Source of the DNA: Solirubrobacterales bacterium
Lineage (GTDB): Bacteria > Actinomycetota > Thermoleophilia > Solirubrobacterales > 70-9
Assembly: GCA_036376915.1 (NCBI GenBank)
Contig: DASUZK010000059.1
Coordinates: 43,249-107,248 of the forward strand
Direction: 5' to 3'
Length of the DNA: 64,000 bases
The notes beneath the pieces were generated by a model that was not told the origin of the DNA, did no database searches, and was given only the letters and a program-made list of their open reading frames with translations. The translations under genes and the position numbers were made by a program. The number at the start of each line of letters is the position of its first letter. The first letter of the stretch is position 1. Positions 9,391 through 24,134 of the stretch are shown here, piece by piece.

Positions 9391-9397
9391 GTGGAAC
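9384..9397. promoter_or_regulatory. parS-like site (13/14 match to GTTTCACGTGAAAC)
   Basis: GTTTCACGTGGAAC read directly, spanning the rnpA stop / yidD start junction. Confidence 0.55.
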
Positions 9398-9755
9398 GCC
9401 TCCCTCGGCCGCCGGTCAGCGCCTCTTCGAGGCTCGCCCGCACTCCCGCTGCCCCGTCGCGCTCGACCAGGTCGCCGATCTCGGGCCGGGCGACCAAGAC
9501 GAAGTCGTGGTCGGCGGGGAGCTGGTCGGACAGGCCCCAGAAAGCCTCGCGCATGACCCGCTTGACGCGGTTGCGGTCGACGGCCCCGCCGATCTTGCGG
9601 CTCACCGAGACACCGAGCCTCACTTCGTCAGCCTCTTCGCTCTTACGGGGGAACCTGTAGAGGACGAGGTAGCGGGTCGCATGTGATGATCCGTCGCGGT
9701 AGACGCGGTCGAACTCGCCGCTGCGCGAGAGCCGGCGACGTCTCGACGGCGCCAT
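9387..9755 (-). CDS. rnpA: ribonuclease P protein component
   Basis: RLSRSGEFDRVYRDG, GVSVSRKIGGAVDRNRVKRVMREAF. Confidence 0.92.
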   Translation of the reverse strand: MAPSRRRRLSRSGEFDRVYRDGSSHATRYLVLYRFPRKSEEADEVRLGVSVSRKIGGAVDRNRVKRVMREAFWGLSDQLPADHDFVLVARPEIGDLVERDGAAGVRASLEEALTGGRGRRST

Positions 9756-9875
9756 TAGCGTCTTGTCTCGTGACGTTGGCCAGGAAATGACGCGGTCCAG
9801 GCGCCGTCAGACAGGGACGCAGTATGGCGGTGATCTGGGGCCGTCATTTGCGGTCGACGTCGCGTGACAAGGCGC

Positions 9876-10010
9876 TCAGGGAGTGAGGCGCTTCCGGCCT
9901 TTGTGGCGCCGGCGCTTGAGGATCGCCCGGCCGCCCCGGGTGCTCATACGTGCCCGGAACCCGTGGGTCTTCGCCCGCTTCCGCTTCTTCGGCTGATAAG
10001 TCCGCTTCAT
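9876..10010 (-). CDS. rpmH: 50S ribosomal protein L34
   Basis: Own translation: [44 protein letters not shown]. Too short for the ORF track. Confidence 0.93.
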   Translation of the reverse strand: MKRTYQPKKRKRAKTHGFRARMSTRGGRAILKRRRHKGRKRLTP

Positions 10011-10129
10011 CGGCCGTCGCAGTATACGGATCGCTTTTCAACCTGCGCGCCGGCAACGCCTCAGGCTTTCTTCGGGATTTGCGGGCGGGCCGATTTCGCG
10101 GCTCCCGGCCGTCGCTATGGTCGCCGTCG

Positions 10130-11452
10130 GTGGCGGACCGGGCGGCGAAATCCGAGCTTGACCGTACCTGGGAGCAGGTCCAGGAGCGGTTGCGCGCGTC
10201 TGTGCCCGCTTCCACTTTCCAGCTCTGGCTCGAGCCGCTGAGGGCCTCTGGGACACGGGCGGGCGTCCTATATCTCTCGGCGCCCGACAACATCCGTGCC
10301 TGGGCAGAGCGCCGGTACACCGGACTGATTCGCGAGGCGCTGAGGGCAAGCGGCTCCGAGTTGACCGACGTCAGGTTCGCCGAGAGCGGGGATGACGAGC
10401 CGATCGGAGCCGACCCCGATCTCGATCTCAACGTCAACTACACCTTCGACCGATTCGTGATCGGGGAGGGGAACCATGTCGCCCACGCCGCGGCCCTCGC
10501 CGTCGCGGAGGCGCCCTCGGAGGCCTACAACCCGCTCTTCCTCCACGGCCCCCCGGGCCTTGGCAAGACGCATCTCCTGGTGGCGATCGCCAACTACCTC
10601 GGCGGCTCGGCGCCCACCCTCGGCGTCCGCTACACCACCGCAGAGCGCTTCACCAACGAGTTCGTCGCCGCGCTGCGCACACAGGGCGCCGATGAGTTCA
10701 AGCGCCGGTACCGAGACCTCGACGTGCTGCTCGTCGACGACGTCCAGTTCCTCGAGGGCAAGCGCCACACCGAGGACGAGTTCTTCCACACCTTCAACGC
10801 GCTCTACGAGGGCGGCAGCCAGATAGTCCTCTCCGCGGACCGGATTCCGAGCGAGCTCTCGACCCTCGAGGGGCGGCTGCGGGATCGTTTCGAGTGGGGC
10901 CTGACGGTTGCCGTCGAGCCTCCCAACCTGGCGACGCGCCTCACCGTCTTGCGCCGCCTCGTTCGCGAGGCCGGAGTCGACGCCGAAGGCGACGTCCTGA
11001 CCGAGCTTGCGCGACGGATCGACGCCAACGTGCGCCAGCTCCACGGGGCGCTCACCCGCGTGATCGCCCATGCCTCGCTCACCGCGAAGCCGGTTAGCGC
11101 CGAGCTCGTCGACGCCGTGGTCCCGAAGGCTTCGCGCTCGAGAGAAGCCAGCCCGGTAGAGGAGATCCAGCACCGCGTGTCGGCTGCCTTCGGCATCTCG
11201 CGTGCCGAGCTCGTCGGCTCCACGCGCGCCGCCGCCCCCCTGCGCGCCCGCCAGGTCGCGATCTACCTCACCCGTGAGCTGACCGACCTCTCGCTTCCCC
11301 AGATCGGGCGGCTCTATGGCGGGCGCGATCACTCGACCGTGCTCAACTCGATTCGCCGGGTCGAAGCTCGGTTCGGCGAGGATGCCGAGCTCGCCGACCG
11401 GGTCGAGCAACTCCGCTCCGCAATCCACAACGGCTCCACAGGCTCTGCCTGA
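10130..11452 (+). CDS. dnaA: chromosomal replication initiator DnaA
   Basis: TFQLWLEPL, Walker A GPPGLGKTHLL, DDVQFL, C-terminal HTH (GGRDHSTVLNSIRRV). GTG 10130 is preferred because the track start 9950 overlaps rpmH. Confidence 0.93.
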   Translation: MADRAAKSELDRTWEQVQERLRASVPASTFQLWLEPLRASGTRAGVLYLSAPDNIRAWAERRYTGLIREALRASGSELTDVRFAESGDDEPIGADPDLDLNVNYTFDRFVIGEGNHVAHAAALAVAEAPSEAYNPLFLHGPPGLGKTHLLVAIANYLGGSAPTLGVRYTTAERFTNEFVAALRTQGADEFKRRYRDLDVLLVDDVQFLEGKRHTEDEFFHTFNALYEGGSQIVLSADRIPSELSTLEGRLRDRFEWGLTVAVEPPNLATRLTVLRRLVREAGVDAEGDVLTELARRIDANVRQLHGALTRVIAHASLTAKPVSAELVDAVVPKASRSREASPVEEIQHRVSAAFGISRAELVGSTRAAAPLRARQVAIYLTRELTDLSLPQIGRLYGGRDHSTVLNSIRRVEARFGEDAELADRVEQLRSAIHNGSTGSA

Positions 11453-11502
11453 CAGCCGACGCCGGTGTAAGAATCAGTGCCCTTCCACAGATCAGCCCAC
11501 AA
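11421..11502. promoter_or_regulatory. cluster of four DnaA-box-like 9-mers (xxxTCCACA / xxxCCCACA)
   Basis: CAATCCACA 11421, GGCTCCACA 11432, CCTTCCACA 11481, CAGCCCACA 11494, all in the same orientation. None is a perfect TTATCCACA. Confidence 0.3.
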
Positions 11503-11520
11503 CCCGCGAAGCCATTGCCG

Positions 11521-11536
11521 GAGCGGCATGCCGCTC
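11521..11536 (+). terminator. 16-bp perfect palindrome after dnaA (possible terminator hairpin)
   Basis: GAGCGGCATGCCGCTC followed by GCTTTCGCGCTTTTC. Confidence 0.3.
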
Positions 11537-11588
11537 GCTTTCGCGCTTTTCAACAAGCCCTAATCCAACTCAAGAAAGCCTTCGTCAC

Positions 11589-12695
11589 TTGAAGCTGACA
11601 ACCAAACGCGATGAGCTGGTCGCGAAGCTCTCAATCGTTTCCCGCGCGGTTTCGACACGAGCCGCTACCCAGTCGCTCTCGGGGATCCTGATCGGTGTCG
11701 AAGAGGGTGGCGTCAGCCTCTGCGCAACCGACCTCGAGATGGGGCTGAAGACCGATCTGGCGGCCGAGGCGGACGGCACCGGCTCGATTCTCCTTCCCGG
11801 CCGACTCCTCGCCGAGCTCGCCCGCTCCCTCGGCGATCCGACGGTGGAGATCGAGCTGCGCGAGTCCGAGCGCGACGTCGAGATTCGCAGCGGCGGCTCC
11901 AGCTTCCACCTGCGGACCCTTCCCAGCGAGGATTTCCCCAAGCTGCCGGACGAGGAGGGCGAGCCCTTGACGATCCCGGCGGCGGCGCTGGCAGCGGCCG
12001 TCGACCTCGTCGCCGGCGCCGCATCCCGCGACGACATGCGGCCGGTGCTGACGGGGGTCCTGGTCAGCGCCAGCGGCTCCGAGATGACCATGGTCGCGAC
12101 CGACTCCTACCGACTCGCGGTCAAGCGCACCGAGCTCGAGCAGGAGATCGGCGGCGAGCTGCAGGCCAACATTCCCGCCCGCGCCCTGCGCGAGCTCGGG
12201 CGGATCGTCTCCAGCGACGGCGTCGGGACGGTCTCGGTGGCCCTTCTCCCCAACCAGGCCGTCTTCAAGGCAGGGGAGATCCTCCTCAACACGAGGCTGA
12301 TCGACGGCCAGTTCCCCAACTTTCGACAGCTCTTGCCGGAGTCCTACGAGCACGACGTCAGGTTGCCGCGGCCCGAGCTGCTCGACGTGATCCGCCGCGT
12401 CAGTCAGCTCGCCCAGCGCAACGCTCCGCTGAGGCTGTCTTTCTCCTCGGGCGAGCTGACCGTGGCAGCCTCGACCCCCGACGTCGGCGACGCCGAAGAG
12501 ACGATGCCGGCGGCGTTCGAGGGGGAGGCGCTGGAGATCGGCTTCAACCCCGACTTCCTGCGCGAGGGGATCGAAAGCGTCGAGGGCGACGAGGTGATGT
12601 TGCGTCTGATCTCACCGCTGCGGCCGGGACTGCTTCAGCCGGTCGACAACGAAGACTTCCGCTACCTGGTGATGCCGATCCGCCTCAACGTGTGA
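11589..12695 (+). CDS. dnaN: DNA polymerase III beta sliding clamp
   Basis: TTG start gives MKLTTKRDELVAKLSIVSRAV... Three-domain length (368 aa), with C-terminal LLQPVDNEDFRYLVMPIRL. Confidence 0.92.
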   Translation: MKLTTKRDELVAKLSIVSRAVSTRAATQSLSGILIGVEEGGVSLCATDLEMGLKTDLAAEADGTGSILLPGRLLAELARSLGDPTVEIELRESERDVEIRSGGSSFHLRTLPSEDFPKLPDEEGEPLTIPAAALAAAVDLVAGAASRDDMRPVLTGVLVSASGSEMTMVATDSYRLAVKRTELEQEIGGELQANIPARALRELGRIVSSDGVGTVSVALLPNQAVFKAGEILLNTRLIDGQFPNFRQLLPESYEHDVRLPRPELLDVIRRVSQLAQRNAPLRLSFSSGELTVAASTPDVGDAEETMPAAFEGEALEIGFNPDFLREGIESVEGDEVMLRLISPLRPGLLQPVDNEDFRYLVMPIRLNV

Positions 12696-12705
12696 GGTTG
12701 GTCGG

Positions 12706-13797
12706 GTGCTGGTCACGGCCGTCGAAGCGAGGCCGCTGAGGAGCCTGGCGCAGGCGCGGGTCGAGCTGGGCCCGGGAATCGTCAGCCTCGTCGGTCCCAA
12801 TGGGATCGGCAAGACGAACCTGCTCGAGGCGCTCTACTTCGCCCTTACGGGCCGCTCCTTCCGGTCCGCCGACCGGCGCGACCTGATCCCGTTCGGCGAG
12901 TCCTTCGCCCGCGCCGAAGCGACGGTGCGCGACGAAGACGGCATCGAGCGCCGGCTGCTCGCTTCGGTGAGCCGGGCCGAGGGTCGCCGGCACCTGCTCG
13001 ACGGCAGCGCCGCCGACCCGACCACGATCTCCCATAGCCGCCCCCCCGTCGCCGTCTTCGCTCCCGACCGACTCACCCTGATCAAGGGCCCGCCGGCGGA
13101 ACGGCGGGCTCACCTCGACGGCTTCCTCGCCGCCCGCTGGCCCGCCCGCGCCGACCTGCGCAAGCGATTCGGGCAGACGCTCGCCCAGCGCAACGCCCTG
13201 ATCGGGCGCATTGCCTCGGGCCGAGGAACGCCCGGCGACCTCGACGTCTGGGACGAGACGATGGCAGCCGCAGCCGCAGCGCTGGTGGCCGCCCGTCTCG
13301 AGGCGGTCTCCGAGCTGGCCGAGCCTTTCGCGAGCGCCGCGGAGGAGCTCGGGATGGAGGGGGCCGCGACGATCGAGTACGCACCCCGCGCCACGGGCTC
13401 GGCCGCGGAGATCCGCGCCGGCTTGGCCGAGCGACGCGACGCCGACGTCCGCCTCGGCCGCAGCTCCTGGGGCCCTCACCTGGACGAGCTGAAGATCGAG
13501 CGCGACGGCCGCTCGCTACGCCGCTACGGCTCGCAGGGACAGCAGCGAGCGGCGCTTCTCGCCCTTCTGTTCGCCGAGCGCGACACGCTCCTCGAGGCCC
13601 GCCGCGTGGTGCCGCTGCTGTTGCTCGACGACGTCATGAGCGAGCTGGATCCGGGTCGCCGGGAGCGCCTGGTCGAGCGGCTCGCGACCGGAGGGCAGGC
13701 CCTGATCACCGCGGCGTCGATGGACTCCCTGCCCGACCGGGCAAGCGGATCCGTCGTGCGAATGCCGCTCGTCGTCGCCGAGGCCGCGGCGGCGTGA
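12706..13797 (+). CDS. recF: DNA replication/repair protein RecF
   Basis: Walker A GPNGIGKTNLLEALY, signature YGSQGQQRAALLAL, Walker B LLLLDDVMSELD. Confidence 0.93.
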   Translation: MLVTAVEARPLRSLAQARVELGPGIVSLVGPNGIGKTNLLEALYFALTGRSFRSADRRDLIPFGESFARAEATVRDEDGIERRLLASVSRAEGRRHLLDGSAADPTTISHSRPPVAVFAPDRLTLIKGPPAERRAHLDGFLAARWPARADLRKRFGQTLAQRNALIGRIASGRGTPGDLDVWDETMAAAAAALVAARLEAVSELAEPFASAAEELGMEGAATIEYAPRATGSAAEIRAGLAERRDADVRLGRSSWGPHLDELKIERDGRSLRRYGSQGQQRAALLALLFAERDTLLEARRVVPLLLLDDVMSELDPGRRERLVERLATGGQALITAASMDSLPDRASGSVVRMPLVVAEAAAA

Positions 13798-14099
13798 GCA
13801 GACGAAGAGCGCCCCGGCCGGCCGTGACTGCACTGCGTGCCGCCCTCGACCGAGCGGCGCCGAAGACGCCGCTCGCCGCCCTTCAGGTCGCCTGGGCGGA
13901 GACCGTGGGGGAGCAGATCGCCGCCGTCGCCACCCCCGTCTCCGAGCGTGCGGGGGAGGCCGTGGTGAGCTGCTCGGATTCCGTCTGGGCGCAGGAGTTG
14001 GATTTGATGCAGGGGCAGCTCTTGGAGCGCCTCGAGAAGCGCCTCGGAGAGCAGGCGCCTCGGAGTTTGCGGTTCCGTGTGGAAGATGACCAAAAGTAA
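13794..14099 (+). CDS. DUF721-family protein (DciA-like position between recF and gyrB)
   Basis: 101 aa, ATGA-type overlap with recF. LQVAWAETVGEQIA...AVVSCSDSVWAQELDLM pattern, plus conserved synteny. Confidence 0.75.
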   Translation: MSRRRAPRPAVTALRAALDRAAPKTPLAALQVAWAETVGEQIAAVATPVSERAGEAVVSCSDSVWAQELDLMQGQLLERLEKRLGEQAPRSLRFRVEDDQK

Positions 14100-14108
14100 T
14101 TTAAATTA
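14097..14108. promoter_or_regulatory. AT-only 12-bp perfect palindrome TAATTTAAATTA upstream of gyrB
   Basis: Read directly. Embedded in the inverted repeat CCAAAAG(14090-14096)...CTTTTGG(14124-14130). Function unknown. Confidence 0.3.
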
Positions 14109-14255
14109 TGCGGATTTGCAGGGCTTTTGGCTTAGGTCGGCCGGCCCTCGAAGGACCCGAACTGGTATCCTTATGTCTACTTGCGTTTCTGCCCTGACCC
14201 TGTGCGGCGCGCGTCCACGGAGTCGGGGTTTTCTATGAGAGCGGGAAGGGACTAA

Positions 14256-16685
<2,430 letters not shown>

Positions 16686-16716
16686 GAGGCGCGTCGTGGG
16701 TTGGGAGGCGGTCTAG

Positions 16717-20481
<3,765 letters not shown>

Positions 20482-20496
20482 GCACCTGTTGGGATA

Positions 20497-20570
20497 GGGA
20501 CGGGGACCCCTCTCCCAAAACGCGCGGCGGGAGCCGCGCTTGAGTGTTTTGGGAGAGGGGTCCCCGTCCC
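20497..20570. repeat. long palindromic intergenic element (25-bp perfect arms); likely bidirectional terminator between gyrA and the HNH gene
   Basis: 20497..20521 GGGACGGGGACCCCTCTCCCAAAAC is the reverse complement of 20546..20570. Inner hairpin GCGCGGC-GGGA-GCCGCGC. Shares the TCCCAAAAC / GTTTTGGGA core with the 8234..8367 element. Confidence 0.8.
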
Positions 20571-20573
20571 TTC

Positions 20574-21080
20574 CTACGCAGCTGCCGGAAGATACTGCTG
20601 CCAGGCTTCCGGAATGGAGGGACTGGCCACCTGGATGAAGACCGTTGGACCCGGTGCCTTGGGGGTCGTCTGGGGGTGCATGTGGATCTCGCGGGGGAGG
20701 CGGTTGCCCTTGCGGCGGTTGCAGCTGGCGCAGGCGGCGACGATGTTCTCCCAGACCGATTTGCCGCCGCGGCTGCGGGGGATCACGTGGTCGACCGTGA
20801 GGCCCGACTTGCGCGAGCCGCAGTATTGGCAGGTCCACGAGTCCCGCGCGAGCACCGCGCGGCGGGTGATCTTCCTCCTGTGCGCTTCGCGCGGGATCCG
20901 CACGTAGTTGACCAGGCGGATCACATCGGGCCGCTCCATCGTCATGTGCTCGGAGTGGATGGCCCCCTCTCGTCTCTCCAGCAGCTCTGCCTTCTCCTTC
21001 AACAGCAGCACGGCGGCACGTCTCAACGTGCAGACGTTGATCGGCTCATACGTTGCGTTGAGTACGAGCACTCGTGCCAT
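20574..21080 (-). CDS. HNH endonuclease family protein
   Basis: CQYCG...LTVDHVIPRSRGG...WENIVAACASCNRRKGN. Confidence 0.85.
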   Translation of the reverse strand: MARVLVLNATYEPINVCTLRRAAVLLLKEKAELLERREGAIHSEHMTMERPDVIRLVNYVRIPREAHRRKITRRAVLARDSWTCQYCGSRKSGLTVDHVIPRSRGGKSVWENIVAACASCNRRKGNRLPREIHMHPQTTPKAPGPTVFIQVASPSIPEAWQQYLPAAA

Positions 21081-21108
21081 CTTGCTCGGGAATTCTACGC
21101 AGGCGGCT

Positions 21109-21945
21109 CTAGTCGACGGGGTAGCTGCCCAGAATTCGGACCGAGGCGGCCTTTGCTCGGAGGGCTTCTATGGCCTCGGCGACTGCGTCGTCCTGAGTGC
21201 TCCCCTCCAGGTCGCAGAAGAACATGTAGCGGCCTAGGCCGCTGCGGAGGGGGCGAGACTCGATGCGGGTGAGATTGACGTTGCGGGAGGAGAGCTCCTG
21301 AAGGGCCTCGACCAGGGCGCCGGGATGGTCCTCGCCAAGCTCGGAGAAGACCAATGACGTCTTCCAGGCTGAGCCGTCCTTGGGCTCGGTCCCCGCTGGG
21401 GCGATCCAGACGAAGCGGGTCACGTTGTTGCTCTCGTCCTCGACGTCCTCGCGCAGGATCGTGCAGCCGTAGAGCTCGACGGCTGAGCGAGCGCCGATCG
21501 CCGCCCAGGGCTCGCTCGACTCGGCGACCCGACGCACCGCCTCGGCCGTGCTGCTGACGTCGCGCCGCTCGGCACCGGGCAGGCTCTCGCGCAGGAAACG
21601 GGCGCACTGGGCAAGCGGCTGAGGATGGGAGAGCACGGCCGAGACCCGGTCGAGCTCGATCTTCTCCCGGGCGATCAGCTGCGCCCGCACCGTGAAGTCG
21701 TGCTCGCCGACGATCGTCACGGCCTCCGTGTCGAAGGCGAGGGTGTCGAGGGCGCTGCGCACGGAGCCCTCGATCGAGTTCTCGAACGGAACCAGGGCCC
21801 GGTCGGCTTCGCCACGCTCGACGGCGAGGATGGCGTCGTGGACCGTTGCCGTTCGCAGCGGCTCGAATCGCCCATCCGGCCCGAGCGCCTCGTGCAGGGC
21901 GTCCTCGGTGAAGGTCCCCGCCGGCCCCAGGTAGGCGATCCGCAT
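21109..21945 (-). CDS. pheA: prephenate dehydratase (PDT + ACT domains)
   Basis: MRIAYLGPAGTFTE, NVTRF, and ACT-domain motif LTRIESRP. Confidence 0.9.
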   Translation of the reverse strand: MRIAYLGPAGTFTEDALHEALGPDGRFEPLRTATVHDAILAVERGEADRALVPFENSIEGSVRSALDTLAFDTEAVTIVGEHDFTVRAQLIAREKIELDRVSAVLSHPQPLAQCARFLRESLPGAERRDVSSTAEAVRRVAESSEPWAAIGARSAVELYGCTILREDVEDESNNVTRFVWIAPAGTEPKDGSAWKTSLVFSELGEDHPGALVEALQELSSRNVNLTRIESRPLRSGLGRYMFFCDLEGSTQDDAVAEAIEALRAKAASVRILGSYPVD

Positions 21946-21952
21946 CGGGCCC

Positions 21953-23011
21953 CTATTCGAAGGTGACCGAGTAGCTGGCTTCGTTGTTGTCGGCGAGCTG
22001 CTCGCCGGGCACGGTGTCGACGTTGACTTCCAACGTCGTTTCTCCCTTCGGAGCCGGCGTCAGAGGGATGGAGACGCTCCCCGTTTCTCCAGCTTCGATG
22101 CTGTTGATCGTTCCCGAGAGCGTCGTGCCGCCGCTGACGGTGACCGAGACGTCGATCCCGTTCTCGGTCGATTCGCCCTGGTTCTGCACCTGGACTTCGA
22201 CTTCGGGCGTTCCTTCGCCGATTACGGAGGTGGTCGATTCGGCCGAGAGTTCGGTCCCGTTGACGCTGGTGCCGAGGAGGCCGAGGCCATGTACCCCCGA
22301 CGTCGTCGCCCCGGTCGCTCCGCTGACCGAGCCGAGCGCGGCGCTCACTTCCTCTTCGTCGAGCCAGGCCGTCCCATCGGGGACGAAGACGCTCTTCGGC
22401 ACGTCGCTTCCGCTGATCCCGTTGTCGGCGAGGACGGCGTTGATTTCCGGCCGCACGACCGCTGCGTAGAGGACGTCGCTCGCGGCGAGCGTCTGCATCT
22501 GCTTGGCGATGATCGCCGTCGCTTTCTCCGAGCCGACGTCGCCCAGCGCGGTGCTGATCTGGTCGGCGATTTCGTTCATCGCGCTGCTGCGGAGCACGTA
22601 GACCAGCTCGAGCGTGTCCTGGGCATCGCCCATGTCGCCCGGTGCGTCCAGGCCGTCGACCCGACTCGCGTAGTTGTCCATCGCGCCGCGGTCGGCGTCG
22701 ACCTGGCCGATGAAGTCGGTCACCGAGAGGCTCCCAGGGTCGTCGAGCTTGTCGAAGAGCGCCTTGCTGGTCCGGTCGGTCTCTTCGACGATCTGGGTGA
22801 CGTCGCGCGCGTAGTCGCTCAGCGCCCTGTCCTTACGGGCGTCGAGACAGCCCTTGACGCCGAGGACCAGCAGGATCAGGACCAGCAGGCCGCCACCGAG
22901 GGCAAGGCCACGGCGGATCAGGATCTGTTGCCGTTCGGGCCGGCGCGGCGGCCGTGGCCGGCGTCCCGGTCGGTTTGCGGGGGAATCCTCCAAGGGAATC
23001 TGGCTCTCCAA
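21953..23011 (-). CDS. membrane-anchored protein with C-terminal CARDB-like domain
   Basis: TM helix GLALGGGLLVLILLVLGV. The C-terminus EVEVQVQNQGES...IEAGETGSVSIPL...VDTVPGEQLADNNEASYSVTF is CARDB-like. Start is a tentative TTG at 23011 or 22993. The 770-aa track ORF is a run-through antisense to the kinase. Confidence 0.6.
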   Translation of the reverse strand: MESQIPLEDSPANRPGRRPRPPRRPERQQILIRRGLALGGGLLVLILLVLGVKGCLDARKDRALSDYARDVTQIVEETDRTSKALFDKLDDPGSLSVTDFIGQVDADRGAMDNYASRVDGLDAPGDMGDAQDTLELVYVLRSSAMNEIADQISTALGDVGSEKATAIIAKQMQTLAASDVLYAAVVRPEINAVLADNGISGSDVPKSVFVPDGTAWLDEEEVSAALGSVSGATGATTSGVHGLGLLGTSVNGTELSAESTTSVIGEGTPEVEVQVQNQGESTENGIDVSVTVSGGTTLSGTINSIEAGETGSVSIPLTPAPKGETTLEVNVDTVPGEQLADNNEASYSVTFE

Positions 23012-23155
23012 AGCTGGGTTGGCTGGGGCGAGAGTATGAACGCTGCCGTGGTCGTCGTGCCAAGAAGCGCAGCAAGCGCCGCGTTTCCGGGAACGCCGCT
23101 CCCGTTCTTTCGCCGCGCAGGAGTGCTGTCCTGCGCGGCGAACCGTGGGAGTGAC

Positions 23156-24076
23156 GTGGTCGGCTCGCTCGTCCTCAACCGCTTTCTGATCGAGCGCCGC
23201 ATCGGCAGCGGCGGCTTCGGCACGGTCTACGAGGCCTGGGATGGCCGCCTCGAGCGGCCGGTCGCGGTCAAGGCGATCGAAGCGACCGGCTCGCGCGGCT
23301 CGCAGCGCGTGCTGCGCGAGGCGCAGGCAGCCGCAAGGCTGAACCACCCGGGCATCGTCACCCTCTACGAGATGGGCGAGGAGGACGGCAACGCGCTGCT
23401 CGTCACCGAGCTGGTCGACGGCTCGACCCTGGCCCAGCTCAGCCGCGACGGCGAGCTCAGCGATCGCGAAGTGGGGGAGATCGGCGCCGACCTGTGCGAG
23501 GCGCTCGACCACGCCCACTGCCGCTCCGTCGTCCACCGTGACATCAAGCCCCAGAACGTCCTCGTCACCGAGGACGGGGAGCCACGCGCGAAGTTGATGG
23601 ACTTCGGTGTCGCGCGCCTCGCCGGCGCCACCGCCCTGACCGCGCCGGGCGACGTGGTCGGCACCCTCGCCTACATGGCCCCCGAGCAGGCGGAGGGTCG
23701 CGACGCCGGCCCCGAGGCCGACGTCTACTCGCTGGCGCTGATGCTGTACGAGTGCTGGAGCGGTGAGAACCCGAACCGGCGCTCCACCCCTGCCGCGACC
23801 GCGCGCGCGATCGGCGCCCGCCACCGGCCGCTGCGCCGCCTGCGCCCGGACCTTCCCCGCGAGCTGACCGACGCCGTCGACGGCTGCCTGGAATCCCGCC
23901 CCGGCAGGCGGCTCTCGCTGGAGGAGCTGGGAGAGGCGATCGAGGGCTCGCTCGACCGCCTGGCCGAGCAGCCCCCCCGGCCGGAGCGCTCGCTGCACCT
24001 GCGCCTCGCGGCGGTCGCCACCGCCGCGGTGCTGGGAGCCTGGCTCGCCGCCGGTCACGGCGTCCTGCTCCCGTAG
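23156..24076 (+). CDS. Ser/Thr protein kinase with C-terminal TM tail
   Basis: RIGSGGFGTVYEA, AVK, HRDIKPQN, DFG, APE. Start is GTG 23156 (alternative ATG 23036). Confidence 0.85.
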   Translation: MVGSLVLNRFLIERRIGSGGFGTVYEAWDGRLERPVAVKAIEATGSRGSQRVLREAQAAARLNHPGIVTLYEMGEEDGNALLVTELVDGSTLAQLSRDGELSDREVGEIGADLCEALDHAHCRSVVHRDIKPQNVLVTEDGEPRAKLMDFGVARLAGATALTAPGDVVGTLAYMAPEQAEGRDAGPEADVYSLALMLYECWSGENPNRRSTPAATARAIGARHRPLRRLRPDLPRELTDAVDGCLESRPGRRLSLEELGEAIEGSLDRLAEQPPRPERSLHLRLAAVATAAVLGAWLAAGHGVLLP

Positions 24077-24134
24077 GATTTCACCCCAGCCCCCTGGGCC
24101 CAGGGCGGCTGCCGCGCCCGAGAAGGAGCTACCG

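Noticed and set aside
9760-9873. Imperfect 16-nt inverted repeat (GTCTTGTCTCGTGACG / CGTCGCGTGACAAGGC) spanning the rpmH-rnpA spacer.
   Set aside because: On the transcribed (minus) strand only 13/16 positions pair, two of the mismatches being A-C, and the loop is about 80 nt. That is too weak to call a structure.
23036-23155. An upstream ATG start (23036) for the first Ser/Thr kinase.
   Set aside because: It would add 40 residues of Ala/Val/Pro-rich sequence overlapping the divergent promoter region and the start of the minus-strand gene. GTG 23156 leaves the usual ~10 residues before the glycine loop. It is kept only as an alternative.
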